DNA of 64,000 nt from Nageia nagi (GCA_050084985.1 JBITNC010000001.1:146692001-146756000); one strand, 5' to 3'. Positions 12,877 through 26,050 are shown, counted from the first letter of the stretch. A program made the numbers and translations. The notes: generated by a model from the letters alone, not told the origin.

Positions 12877-15623
12877 AAAGTGGTAGTGAATGAAAATTTT
12901 ACTTTTGAAAGTGGTCATGCAATAACACTTTGGACCATTAGTTTGGTAAACTATTTCAAAATGGAATACTTTTAATCTAAGGTAATGCTATTCAATGAGG
13001 AGATTGAAAAACTTAGTTTAATGCAAAGTGTAAAGTTTTAATTTTCATTGGCTACTATGAGAAGATAAAATCCTATAGGATTTACAATCGTAAAACTAGA
13101 AAGCCTATTCCATCAATAGATATCATTTTTGATGAAGGGGAAGTCTATAATCATCAAAATCTATATGTTAATGATGGAATAAATTTATAGAATCATTCAA
13201 GTTTTTCCATTGGGAAGAAGATGCAATAAAATATTAAACTAGGTGGGCAATATTATTGGCAATATGCTTATTCTAGATCTAATGCTAGTACAAGGTCCAA
13301 CACTAATAATGGGCATAGCACCAACACTCCTATTTTTTCATCTAGTCCTCTTTCAACAAATATATCAAATAGTCCAAAGAAAAATAAATCTAGCCCTTAT
13401 TCCAATGATGAGTCATCTAACATTTTCTTCGAAGTGAGAAGAATAAGAAGGAGGACTTAAGCACCTCAAATCCATCCACCCTATCAAGTATTGGATAAAA
13501 TATTTTAAACAAGGATGACTAGATTCCAATCCAAAGAGATGGATTAAGTTGTTCAAAGACCTAAGCCTATGCACTTGTATGGAGATGAAGGTGATGGTGA
13601 ACCTAAAGGTGACATGATAAACTATTCTTTGCTTTATACTACTATATTTTAACCTTCTTTCTATGAATATTCTTGTACTAATAATTGTTTTTGCATGTTA
13701 TGAAGGATGAAATCATTTCCATTGTTAGAAATGATACCTGGGAGTTGTGTGAGCTTCCCAAAGGAAAAAAGATTTTTTTATCCAAGTTGAACTATAATAT
13801 TAAACATAATAGGGATTGGATTGTTCAAATATTTAAATCTTGTTTGGTTGCTAATAAATCCACATAGAAATATGATATTGATCATGAAGATATATTTTCT
13901 CTTGTAGCAAGATAAGAAATTTTTTAGAATGGTACTTTCCTTTGATATTCATAAATGTTAGACTATACATCATATAGATGTCAAAAGTGCATTCCTAAAT
14001 GGGTACTTATATGAGTAAATTTATGTACAAAGACCTTAATATTTTGAGGTAAAATGGAAGGAGAATTTTGTGTACAAGTTGAAGAAGGTATTATAAAGTA
14101 TTAAGCAAAATCTAAGAGCTTGGTAAACTAAAAATGGTGGCTACTTTCATAAGAGTGGCTTCAAAAGGAGAAAATCCAAACCTACATTATATATCAAGAA
14201 AGAAGGTAATGAAATCCTAGTTGTGGGTTTCAATATGGATGATGTGATTTATATGAGTAGCATCTCTATTTTGAATGAGAGATTTAAGGTCCATATAATG
14301 AAAGAGTTTGAAATGAAATATTTTGGGATAATACAATATTTTATTGGTAAACAAGTATATCAAAATAATAACATAATCTTTATTTATCAAATAAAATATG
14401 CAATTGATATGCTGTCAAAGAAGTATAGGATAGAAATTTGTAAATTAATCCGTACACTTCTTGCTCATATTGTACTATTGTGTAAAGATTATGGGGAATT
14501 TAGGAGCACTATTGGGATCCTTATGTTTCCTAACAATATAAGATCAGATATTACTTATGTTCTTGTAATGGTTTCAAGGTATATGAGTGATCCATCTTTA
14601 TTGCCTTTAAAGGTTGCAAAGAATATTCTAAGGTATGTGAAGAGTAATCTTGATTATGGGATCCATCACTTTCAATTTGGGAGAATGGAGCTATTTGATT
14701 TTAGTGATTCAGATTGGAAAAAAAGTTTAGATGATCAAATATCTACTTTTGGTAATTAGTTTTTATTAGGATTTTGACTAATCACATGGAAATTGAAGAA
14801 GCAGGGATCAATGGTACTCTCCTAAAATGAAGTAAAATATATAACACTCACTTTTGTAGGTGCTTAAGCATTATGGCTTCAAGAGATTTTGGAGGAGATA
14901 AGTGATAAGCAAGATAAACCTACCTTACTATTTTATAAAATCTTCAATGTCATTCACTTTGCACAATGTCTAATCCATCATAGAAGATCAAATCATTTGA
15001 ATTGAAATATCATTTTATTCATGATATGGTGGAGAAAGTACTAATCAAACTAAGATATTGTAGCACTCGTGATAAACTAGTGGATGCATTTATAAAAGAA
15101 GTGGCTAAATATTATTTTTTGAAGGTGAGAAACTTCCTTATGATGCCAATAAGCATTAAGAAGTATTTATAAAGTTAAAAAAATCATATGTGAACCAATA
15201 CCAATGCTCCTATCTAACACTTAGCATCAATACTACAATTCTTATTAGAATGATAATTGAGATGTTACTTCAAATTTTTTGTGTAACTATAATTTATATG
15301 TAATGTGAGAATCCTAATTGTAACCAATTGCTCACAAATCTTAGGGTTAAGGTACACTTAGGATAGTTATTCATTATTTTTATTTATTTATTACTGTATT
15401 AGATGAGTATTGATCTATTGTAGACTGTAGCTTTAAGTTTTATTTTCTCCATTACTGTATCATAGTTTTAGCTATATTGCCACTATGTGTAATCTCCTTA
15501 TTTTAGTTAATATAGTTCATATATTCACCTCTATTATTGGTCTAGATTTTATGAATTATAGTTCTATTTAGTTTCTTCATCTCTTCAATGTTGATGTTGT
15601 TTGAGTTTATATTATAAACCTCA
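12877..15623 (+). mobile_element. Decayed Ty1/copia (copia-b): integrase C-terminus, RT, RNase H, 3' LTR
   Basis: ORF 13685 MKDEIISIVRNDTWELCELPKGKK, DVKSAFLNG at ~13977, and ORF 14223 RT through FSDSDW. The LTR matches the copia-a LTR. Confidence 0.9.
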
Positions 15624-16329
15624 ATATTTAGTATTAAGTATTTAAATTACAAATTACATATATAATATTGGTACTTTAGGATATATTAAATAATAGCATA
15701 GAATAATAAAATAGATATACTTATGTTATTATGTGTTGAGTAATATATTATTTATTATTAAGTAATATATTAGTTAGATTATTGCATCTATTTTGAATTG
15801 AGTAAAACTAGGTGAGTTAGATTTGAAATCCTTATTAATGGTAATGTGATAGGCCTGCATATGGTTATGTGTAGCATACCTAAAGTGGCTTTTGGCATAT
15901 TTGTGGTGGTTAATAGCATGGAAAGTGGCATATTCTTATAGTGTTGAAACTGTTAACTTAGAGTTCATGAGACACTCATCTCATGTTCTCTTAGTAGTAG
16001 GTAAAATAATGTAAGAGAAATTTCTAATTAAGTTATATTGGAAATTAATCCATTCTTCTCTTCCTATAGATTGCATAATTGTTAAGAAAATTATTATAAT
16101 ATTAGTTTGCTATCATTATGAAAATTATTATTATAAGAAACTTATATATATTGTGAATGTGTTCAAAACTTATACTATATTATATATTGTGTTCAAAACT
16201 TATGGTTTGCTATGATTCTTTTATTTTTTGAAAAGTAGGGTTTTGTCTTATTACCTTGATTTGTTGATGTAATATTACTTCTTTAATATTATTATTTTTA
16301 TTTTTGCACCTTCAATTGGTATAAGAGCC
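15624..16329 (+). mobile_element. 3' part of a second LTR type (LTR-2) plus PBS
   Basis: Ends CCTTCA-AT-TGGTATAAGAGCC (16317-16329, one mismatch to the iMet PBS). PBS-less truncated copies lie at ~32268-32910, ~48410-49055 and ~9575-10214 (minus). Confidence 0.65.
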
Positions 16330-18340
16330 TATGGTTGGCTAAGTGAAGCAAAAATATAGGAACAATAGTAACAAGGTAAGATAAATCCTAAATTTATTCT
16401 CCTTCAATTTCTGTAATTTTTGTAACCAATTATTTATTTTAATAAAAAAAGATTTTTTTTTTGTTGAAACAAATGTATAGAACTCCTTTTTCTTTTTTTT
16501 TTTTAGATATCTCTATTTAATTTACAAAAGATCCTTATTTTTTAAATATACAATTATTTTTTTTAATTTAAATAATTTTATTATTTTAATTTGATGTGAT
16601 TATATATATATATATATAAATACATCACATAGGAACATAGCCCTTGAGGCTTATGCCTCACACAATTTAGGTCACATAGGGGTATAACCTAGGTGGGGGC
16701 ATACACCATACCAATAAGGGAAATGACACCTGATCACTCAACTTCCCATAGGGAAAGTCATTTGAAGTCCACCTTAATGGTGAGATTTGGGATCTAGCTA
16801 GGGAAGTCAATATTCAAAGGATTAATAAAAATAAAATTGGTTTCAATAGATATTGACTATCCTCCGTCTGCATCTCATTAAATCCTATGGGTGATTTATA
16901 TATCTATAATAGTGGGGGGCTTGGAAGCCTTGAATGATGGAGATATTCATATAATAACATTTATTACATATAATTTGATTTTGTTATGGTTTGAATTATG
17001 AATCCCATATTAGTTCAACCTTTTATCATGTTATCCTATAATTGGACATGGTAAATGAGGCCTTATCTTAACCTCATAGGAGAACATAGCAAACATTCCT
17101 TAGCATATGGATATATTTTTAAGGTGGTAAAAATGTAAAGTGTAGAAATAATCTTATACACCACTAAGTTATAAAAAAATCCCCTACTTTATGGTTGAAG
17201 GGTTTATTTGTATGGTGATAAAAGTATCTGCTAGACAAATGAGTTTTAAATCCTCTTTTTAGTTTGGTTATAAAATCTTACCTACTCCTAATACGCTTTT
17301 TTTTATGATTGAGAGATCATTCTCTAAGCAATAATTGATCTTCAAAGACATTTTTTTTTAATGTGTTTAGGTGGGATGTGGATTTCAAATACTTTTTGTA
17401 GCCTTGTTTAGTTATTCATTTGGAGATTCATCTCTCATAGACTATGTCATTGGATAATTATAAAATTTTATATATTAAATAATTATATAGTTATAAAAAG
17501 TTTTTCAGGACCCCTTTGAAAATCCACTATTCGAGTATTATATATTAAAAAAACCATATAGAATAATAATTATTTATATCAACTAGACCATAAAAATAGA
17601 TAGAAGAATAACTCTTTTTATATTGAGTTCTTGATACCATTTTGCAAAAAAAAAAAAAAACTTTAATATATTGATATCTTTTTTAAAAATATTAATCATT
17701 TAATCAAATTCTATGTATTTATGTAAAATGAATAATGTAATAAAATTTTGAAATATATACAGATTGTTAATATACCTACTCAAAATTATTAAAAGTAATA
17801 TATATAAGATATATAAATGTTATATTTTTTAAAAATTAATTATAATTAATAATTACGTTTTGGTATAAATTTTTATTAGAACCTTGAAATAAATAAATTT
17901 TTAAAAACTTTATTACAAAACTAAAATTAACAAAGGTTTAAGAGAACTAGATGACAGATGTGTCAAACACGTTATGTAAGGTGCCCGCCATAGTATTTGG
18001 CATCAAAAATGATGGATATATCTCAACCATTTTTTGAATACTTGTAGCGGATGATGATATCACCTTTTGCATACCCAAGAAAGATTCTTTGGAAAGGAAT
18101 GAAGCATATTCATAGCCATTGGAAATTAGAGAATATAAAAAGTTTTGAAAATTCTGTCGGTTGGCAACTACAAAAATCCATCCATTGGTGATCATAGGAG
18201 ATGAGTCGTTTTGGAAAATTTGTCCGTTGTAGATCGGACAATATAATGAAGGGTTTTCCAATTATGAATGTGCCTTCTAATTCATGCTTTCTAACTAATC
18301 ACTTTCTTTCTGTTTTTGATTTCTATGTTTGTGTGATTTG

Positions 18341-18931
18341 GAGGAAAGTGAACCTTGCAAATCTGATAAGAAGAGAAGGCAATTGACCAGGAGGACACTT
18401 CAATTGCTATCATATGTTTTGCATACGATGCCTAATAGAAAGTGTCTTATGTTTCAAATATCTATTTCATAATAAAGTTGCTACGCTGGGAAGGAGAACT
18501 GTGACTGCATATTTATTGCATATATCTGGTTCATCATCAGACAATAATCCCGTGGTTGTCTTTGAATATGAAAGCAAATTCTTTTAAGGTATTTTTATGT
18601 TTATTGGCTACGATACTTAGTGTAATACTATACAGTTTGTTTTTGTGTAATTTATAACTTTTTAATTCCTTAAGATTTTAGTTTCTCAAAATTTAAAGTA
18701 TGAAAACTGTTAATCGCAAATCATTCTTTGAATTTCAATAGTGTTTGGGTTGAAATGTTATTAGACTCAATATACTTACTTTGGATAGCAAGTTCAGGCA
18801 GATGTAAAGGACATATGTAGGTAGTGGGTGTACATAATAATTTTGTTATGTTTTAAATTGCAAGAATCCTAATTTTCAACTCGTGTATAGAATGGCGATT
18901 TAAGGTAGTTGGGGTTTTTGAAGGTTTTGCA
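18341..18931 (+). pseudogene. Same two-exon fragment, copy B
   Basis: Collinear with copy A. Donor at 18588/18589, mutated acceptor, ends AAGGTTTTGCA (18921-18931). Confidence 0.4.
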
Positions 18932-19065
18932 TGTGAAGTTCTCTAGCATAACTGTAATGCACAGGGTAGTGGAGGCCCACGGTGGGCTCATCCAAATGGA
19001 AGGTGGATTCCTCATCATCTCATGCCCGATGCTCATCCATAGATGATAATATTTCTTCATCTCTT
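18932..19065 (-). pseudogene. ABCG pseudogene fragment, copy B (truncated)
   Basis: Homologous to copy A. ORF 18869-19060 shows MSIGHEMMRNPPS..STTLCITVMLEN. Homology stops at 19065. Confidence 0.8.
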
Positions 19066-20830
19066 AGGTAAGTGAACAACTAGGGAAGCAGTTATCATAT
19101 TCAGTCACACATCTCAACTATTGAGGCTATGTTCCATATCTTCTATACTACAAAACATCTTGGGTAGTACCAAATACCAAAGAAGTATGAATGGATTTTA
19201 ATTTGTTCAATGGGAAGTTCTAACTACCTATGGAATACTTCCTATCACAAAATTGAAATCAAACTGAGCAGACCAAATTATATTTAATATTTTTTTATGA
19301 GGTTGATATTTATATAGATTTATGTGATTAGTCAACACATCTTTTTTGAAATGTACTTGATATATGTTAACAATATTTGGCTCTTTTCACCCCCTTGTTT
19401 GCAACTGAAGGATGCTTCTTGTTGTAATAAGTTTCACATACATACATGTGTTATTTTGTTATTAGTATTAAGATATACAACCTTACACTTCAAAGTATCC
19501 AATTCCATGACTATTTCCTTAGGGTGATATAATATAATATTAATCTAAATATACAAAATATCATAATGGGGGGTTTCTACATAACCCTTATCTATATATC
19601 CTATTGATATTCTTCATGTGACATCTTGAACCTTTATAAGTTTGTTTATAATGTACTTGATGAGGTTGGTTATTTACGTATAGATACTCTAGAAGGAACT
19701 TAAATATACTCCTTTATAGGATGTATAACCTTATACTTTAGAGTTTCAACTTATATGCTTCTCTATTTATGATGATGTAAGATTTTAGTTTCAGAGATAC
19801 AATTTGGGCATAATATAAGCACCTAAATTAACATAGTGGGAGGTTTCTAAATGAAACATTACTTCTTGGGAGATATAAATCCTTTTCAATCTAACATCAC
19901 AACTATAAATTCCATGTTCAATATCATTTATGTTGGGAAACATCTTCAGCTTAACATCAAGGTGGTAACCCAAAGAAATACAACAACTATTGTACTAAAG
20001 ATAAATAGGTAAGTAAACTACCAGGGAAGTTATTATCATAATTTGTCTTGCATATTAACTATAAAGGCTATGTTCCATATCCTCAATACTGCAAAATATC
20101 TTGGGTAGTCCCAAATACCAAAGAAGTGCAAATGGATTTTGATTTATTCAATGGGAGTTGAAAATACATCTGTAATACATCCTATCAAAAAAATAAAATC
20201 AAACTAAGCTTGCCAAATTGTATTGAATATTTTTTTATAAGTGTGATATTTATATAGATGTGTGTGATTAGTCAAATCTTATTTTTGAAATATAGCTAAG
20301 ATATAGTAACAAAAAAATGGGATATTTGGCTCTCTTTGCCCACTTTTTTGCAACTATAATATGCCTCTCAATGTAATAAGTTTGACATAACATGCATGTG
20401 TTATTTTATTATTAGGGTTAAGATGTACAACCTTACGCTTTAAACTATCCAATTCTATGACTATCACCTTAGGGTGATATAAGATATTATTAATATAAAC
20501 ATATAAAAGTATCATGATGGGGCTTTTTTTACACAACCTTTATCTTTATATGCTATTAATGTTCTTTATATGATATTTTGAACATTTTTCTAGTATGTTT
20601 ATAATTTATTTAATGTTGGTTATTCATGTATAGATACTTTTGAAGGAACTTAGATATACTCCTTTGTAGGATGTACAACTGTATCCTTTAGAGTTTCAAC
20701 TTATATGTTTCTCACCTTAGGGTGATGTAAGATATTAATTTCAAAGATATAATTTGGGCATAATATAAGTACCTAAAGTGCCATAGTAGGATAAATCTAA
20801 ATGACTCCTTACTTTCTGGGAGATATGACA
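19066..20830. repeat. Diverged tandem duplication, period ~941 bp
   Basis: GGCTATGTTCCATATC at 19125 and 20066, collinear to ~19880/20825. A third relic lies at ~21870-22090. Confidence 0.9.
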
Positions 20831-22655
20831 TCTTATGGTTTCTACATTCATATTCTCTATATCTTGGTGAAGATTAGGATAATAGCTTTTTATTTTTATT
20901 TCTTTAAAAGAATTCATGCTTTTGTCTCTATATATAGGTAGTTAATGTTCTTTGTGTATCATTTTTTAGGTTTTTCATGTATATCTATTATAAGATAAAT
21001 ATTTATTAAAATATTTATCATGTGTAATTGTTTATCATATTTATGATAAGATAGCTTATATAAGATAAAATTTAAAAAAAGTAATAATTTTTTTAAAAAT
21101 ATAAAGTTAATTAATCTTATAAGAAATATTATAGATAAAATTAATAAATATAAGACATATAAAATATATTCCTATAAATTATAATATATCTTACATAAGA
21201 TATCCTTTTGAAAATTATGAAAATTGAAATATATGAATTTTTTTGTTATCATTCATATTAATATTATAATAGACACAAATAATAAATATAGAATCCATAT
21301 ATCTCAACAAATCATACAATAATCAAAATGATATATTTTTAATTCTTAGCAATATTCAAAATTATCTAATTTTAATTTTCACAAGATGTGACTAAATTTT
21401 AATATTTAGATTTTTTTTTTAAATTGTTATATTAACTATTGTTATAATTAAAATGTTTAAATATGTGGATGAAAATCAAAATTGAAAAATAATAAATAAT
21501 TAAGTTGAAATTGATATTAATTTTTTAGAGTAATTATTTATTGTAATATTAGATTCTTTACATAAATCATTATTAAATTGTTTGAACTTTTTATCTTTCA
21601 ATTATCATTTTCATTTTTAACAAGCTAATTATTTATGAATGCATAAGAATCTTAATTTTTTTTAATGGATAAACTATCCTTAAAACTTTGAGATTGAGAT
21701 TGACATGTATCTTTGATATTTTAGATAAATTGAATTTTTTTTTAGATGGATGTTTTATACACATTGAGTTTCTACAAACCCAAACAACATTTTAAATTTA
21801 CAGACTACTAATCACAGTAAAGCAATGCAAGAGTTATACTACTGTAAAGAATAAGGGAAGCAAACAACAAGCAAACAATCTCACATCGCAACTATCAAGG
21901 TCAAGTTTTGTATCCTTGATATTGCAAACCATTCCTAGCTCATTAATAAGGTGGTAATCCTCCTTGTCATGAAAATGAAGTTCAACATAGCTTTTAAAAT
22001 TATATTTAATATTTTTTTGAAGCTGTTGATATTTATATAAATTTGTGTGATTAATTGATTGATATTTTTGAAATGTAGTTGACATATATTAAAGGACACG
22101 TGCTACAATTGACTTTCTTCGACCACTTTATCTGCACTGTACGACATCTTGACGTAATTAGAATCTATAATAAACAAATTTGAAATAAGCTTATTACATA
22201 ACTAGAATTAAAGAAGGTTTCATATATGAAAAAACTAGATGAAAAATATACCAAACATGTTATATAAGGTGTCTGTATTAGTATTTGGCCTCTAAATGGG
22301 TGGATGTATCTCAACGATTTTTTGTATTCCGTATATCTAGGAAGATTCTATGGAAAGGAAGGAGCATATTTATAGCCATTGGAGAAAGGAGACTATGTGA
22401 AAATTTTGACAATGGTGGATGTTTCTCAAGCATTTTTGAATTCTGCACATTCAAGGAATATTCCATGGAAAGGAATGAGCATATTTATAGCCATCGGAGA
22501 ATAAGTGGTTTTTTCCAAATCTATCCATCTGCGAATCGGATGATACAATGAATGGGTTTCTCTAGTTTATGAATGTTTCTTCTAATTCATTATTTCTAAC
22601 TAAGCACTTTCTTTCTTTTTTGGCTTTCTATGCTTGTGTGATCTTTGAGCACGAA

Positions 22656-23489
22656 GCTGCTAGGAAGGTGAACGTTATAGATCGTATTAGAATAGAAGGC
22701 GACTGAAATAGGAGAAAACTTCAATTGAGGGGAGGAATAAGAGAACATCCCATGGCGACCTCTTGAATAAAGGGTTACAATTCTACACGCAATGGAGTGT
22801 GTGTTCCTTTTCATGAGACAACCATGGTCGTTTCATAAGATGCGTAGTCTTCACTTTGGATGAGTTATTAATTGCCTCCTAAACATATGTTTTTGTACAT
22901 GGGCATGAGCTTCTCATTCCATATATGATGCTCTTGGTCTGCATCTATGAACTCAAGCATTGTTGATGCCACTTCTTCATTACCTTCATATGTTTCGCAA
23001 CCTATGCCTACTTGACCATTTCTTGCATTGGAAATGTCTATTTCATAATAAAGTTGTTAAGTTGGGAGTAAAATGCGAAGGAGAACTACTACTGCACATT
23101 TATTTGATGTATCTAGAGCATCATTAGACAAGAGATCCATGGCTATCTCTGAATATGAAAGCAAATTCTAGCAAGGTACTTTCATGTTTATTGGCTACGA
23201 TGCTTAGTGTATTATTATGGAATTTGTTTTTGTGTAATTTATAACTCTTTAGTTCCTTAAGATCTAAGTTTCTCAAAATTTAAAGTATGAAAAATTTCAA
23301 TCACAACTTTAAATTTTATGAGATTGAATATAATCAATTTGGATAGCAACTTAGGATAGATATAAATGACATATCTAGGTAGTGGGTGTAATTAATAATT
23401 TTGTTAGGGTTTGGATTGCAATAGCCCTAGATTCTAGCCCATGTATAGAATGGCTATGCAAGGTCCTTTCGATTTCTGAAGGTCTTGCA
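22656..23489 (+). pseudogene. Same two-exon fragment, copy C (longest)
   Basis: First exon of ~520 bp, about 250 bp longer than in A/B/D. Donor at 23175/23176 and acceptor at 23407/23408. The spliced frame ends GFGLQ*P*ILAHV*NGYARSFRFLKVL, and the DNA ends AAGGTCTTGCA (23479-23489). Confidence 0.42.
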
Positions 23490-23955
23490 TGCACAGTTCT
23501 GCACCGTAACTAGAGTGTACAGGGTAGTGGAGGATTTGAGACCCAAAGTGGGATCATCAGATGTAGTAGAGTGGGATTTGTCAATATCTAATGTCCAATG
23601 CTCACCTACTTTTATTCCCCACCTGAAATGTGTACCCCTCATGGTCCATAGATGATCATAGTTCTACACCTCTTCAATCGAAGGTTAGAAATAATACTCT
23701 CTGGATGGGCTCCCTTGTCCTATGGACACTGCCCGAGGCACATTCAGTGCTATGTAGACTAAGGTATCCTAATGGTTAGATAAGGGTAGAGAATATCATC
23801 TTTCATCACGAAGTTGGTTTTGACTTTATCTTCATTAATTTAGAGTATGGAAACTGACACCTTCTAACTGCCCCTCCAATGTGCAGAGGAGCATTGTCTT
23901 CCTAGTGCATGATGGTCCTAACATGGCCAAGAATCTCAAATGGGTACACCATTAG
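23490..23955 (-). pseudogene. ABCG pseudogene NBD fragment, copy C (most diverged; retains ABC signature)
   Basis: The minus strand gives MVYPFEIL/AMLGPSCTRKTMLL, NFVMKDDILYPYLT, LKRCRTMIIYGP, ISGGE*K*VSIGH*ILTNPTLLHL (signature plus Walker B) and DPTLGLKSSTT, with frameshifts. Confidence 0.9.
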
Positions 23956-24584
23956 ACAACATAATTTTAATAATGGTTTCAAAAAAATTATGTGTAGGTT
24001 ATTTGATTTTAAATTTTCAAATAATGTAAAATATGTAATTGTATGTTATTTTATTTGAAAGTTTTAAATTATTTTTCATTTATCGTTAGATATTAGAAAT
24101 GTGATTACAAAAGATATAGTTTAAATATTTTTGTATTTTGAATGATCATTTAGTTATTAATAATATTTTTTCATAGAATATGTTACAATTTTCATACAAA
24201 TTTATGATTATTATGTTTGTTTATTCAATAAAATAATTAAATTTATATCAATCTTTTTTTTTATTTGTTTGTTATCTTTAAAAATACAAAATATTTGTAT
24301 ATGTTAGATATTTATTTCTTTGAAATATATGCAATGATTTGTTAATAAGTTAAAAATGTTTTTTAATTTTTATATGTATTTTTTTTAAAAAAATTATAAT
24401 TATATGATACTAATACAAATTCAAATGTATGCATAATATTTTAAATTTTAATAAGTTTATGTATGTAATAAATAATATCTAATTATTTAAATTATTTTTT
24501 ATCATAATATATAATTATTATCAAAATCCATCAGGAGAATGATCCTAGCCTCATCTGTGCCTACTATCAATTCAATAGGTTTTT

Positions 24585-26050
24585 AGGTATGCCAAGCTCA
24601 TTTTCATCAAGACTACATGACTACAAACCATATCTTAGTTTTGAGAGCTATCATAAAGGAGGCATGCTCCAGATCTTTGAAAGTCTTCTATTTCTTTATA
24701 GATTTTCATAAAACCTTTGATACTGTGCCTGATATATAGTATTTGAGAGACTCTAGTTTACAACAATCTCTAGATTGTATGATTCAGTGATTGGTCACTT
24801 TTGCTCCTCTCAAGGACTCTTTGAATGTATTCTTAGCACCATAAGAGTGAAACAAGTTTACCACATTTTCCTAACACTCTTTGGCATTTTGACCACATAC
24901 ACATGCAGATGATGGATGTTTACTGTATAAACTTTTGATCTCTCTTCTTTTTTGTTGATGATGTTATCATTTTATCTTTGACTATTCAGGGAATCCAACA
25001 ATAATTGGATGCACTAGCAAATTTTTATACTTTGACATAGCTATCATTTAACCTTACCAAGACCAAGGTCATGATATTCAATACTATCAAGGAGGTTGTA
25101 TCCCATATTCATTTTCACCTCCAGGGATAGGCAATAGAGATCACACACTCCTGTATATACCTTAGAGTTCTTTTCATTGGACCCAATTATAGATGAAGTT
25201 TTCTATCCAAGCTTGCATTTGTAAGGGATATGGATCTGTTTTTGTACTCAAGTAGAGTTTCTTTAAAGCTCACTTTCAAAACATCCTAGTTTGGATGAAG
25301 ATCTTTTATACCTCGGTTAAGATAGCAATTACTCACACAATAGAGATATGGGGCACAATATTGGTCCAACTAAATGGTCTCATATTGAATGAGTATAGAA
25401 ACTTTTTCTTTGAAGTTTTATATGATGCAAATGCATAATTCCACACTCCATTATCCTTGTTCAACTAGAGATTATATCGAAGATCATCTATGCTCTTTGA
25501 TAGCCCTTTATTTGAGTCTTAGGAGGATATAGAGGGGGTGGTATTCTGAAGTATATATACATATAGAATGTATTCAAATTCATATTGACAAACTTCCTCC
25601 ATACTCCCTTGGATTTCCTTATCCATCATCACATAATAAGTAGGCAAAGATACTTCATGAGATCAGAAAAAAATATCATTCTCTATTATATCCATTCCAT
25701 TTGAATCTCTCCCATTACCCCCTCTCCCCTAATCTATCCTTTTCTTATGAGCATTTTCTCCATGTCCAATATGGTTAGATAGTACTTCCTTAATACCTCT
25801 AGTAACTTATGATACATGGTATACAAGTCTTTATTGGGAAGGTCCATGTTGAAGTAAATTACCATATACTGAAAGAGGAGTGAGTATGTAAATTTTATTC
25901 CATGGAAGAAGTAGAAAATCTAGATAATTTTGTTTTTTTGTTATCTAAATTATCTCTTTAGGAGTGACTCATGCTCTATATCATTATTTCTTAGTTATAA
26001 GGACCAACATTATCTTGGACTTTACATTAGATAAGCAATGCATTTTCACC
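24585..26050 (+). mobile_element. Decayed non-LTR (LINE) ORF2 reverse transcriptase
   Basis: QAHFHQDYMTTNHILVLRAIIKEACSRSLKVFYFFIDFHKTFDTVP (QAGFR..DF.KAFD), IRVKQVYHIFLTLFGI (GVKQGCPLSP), FVDDVII (FADD), INLTKTKVMIFN, and a C-terminal Cys/His-finger remnant near 25880-25940. Confidence 0.88.

Noticed and set aside
22656-23175. Stop codons being C-to-T-derived as proof of a former reading frame
   Set aside because: All stop codons begin with T, and the stop density here is close to random for AT-rich DNA, so it is not evidence.
23450-23495. TAS3 locus (minus-strand TGCAAGACCTT...GACCTTGCA)
   Set aside because: The spacing is not a 21-nt tandem, the second half-site is not conserved in the other copies, and no miR390 sites were recognised.
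22170-23955. Helitron or Pack-MULE as carrier of the cassette
   Set aside because: No terminal hairpin-CTRR, terminal inverted repeats or TSDs could be identified. This is not excluded given the decay, but it is unsupported.
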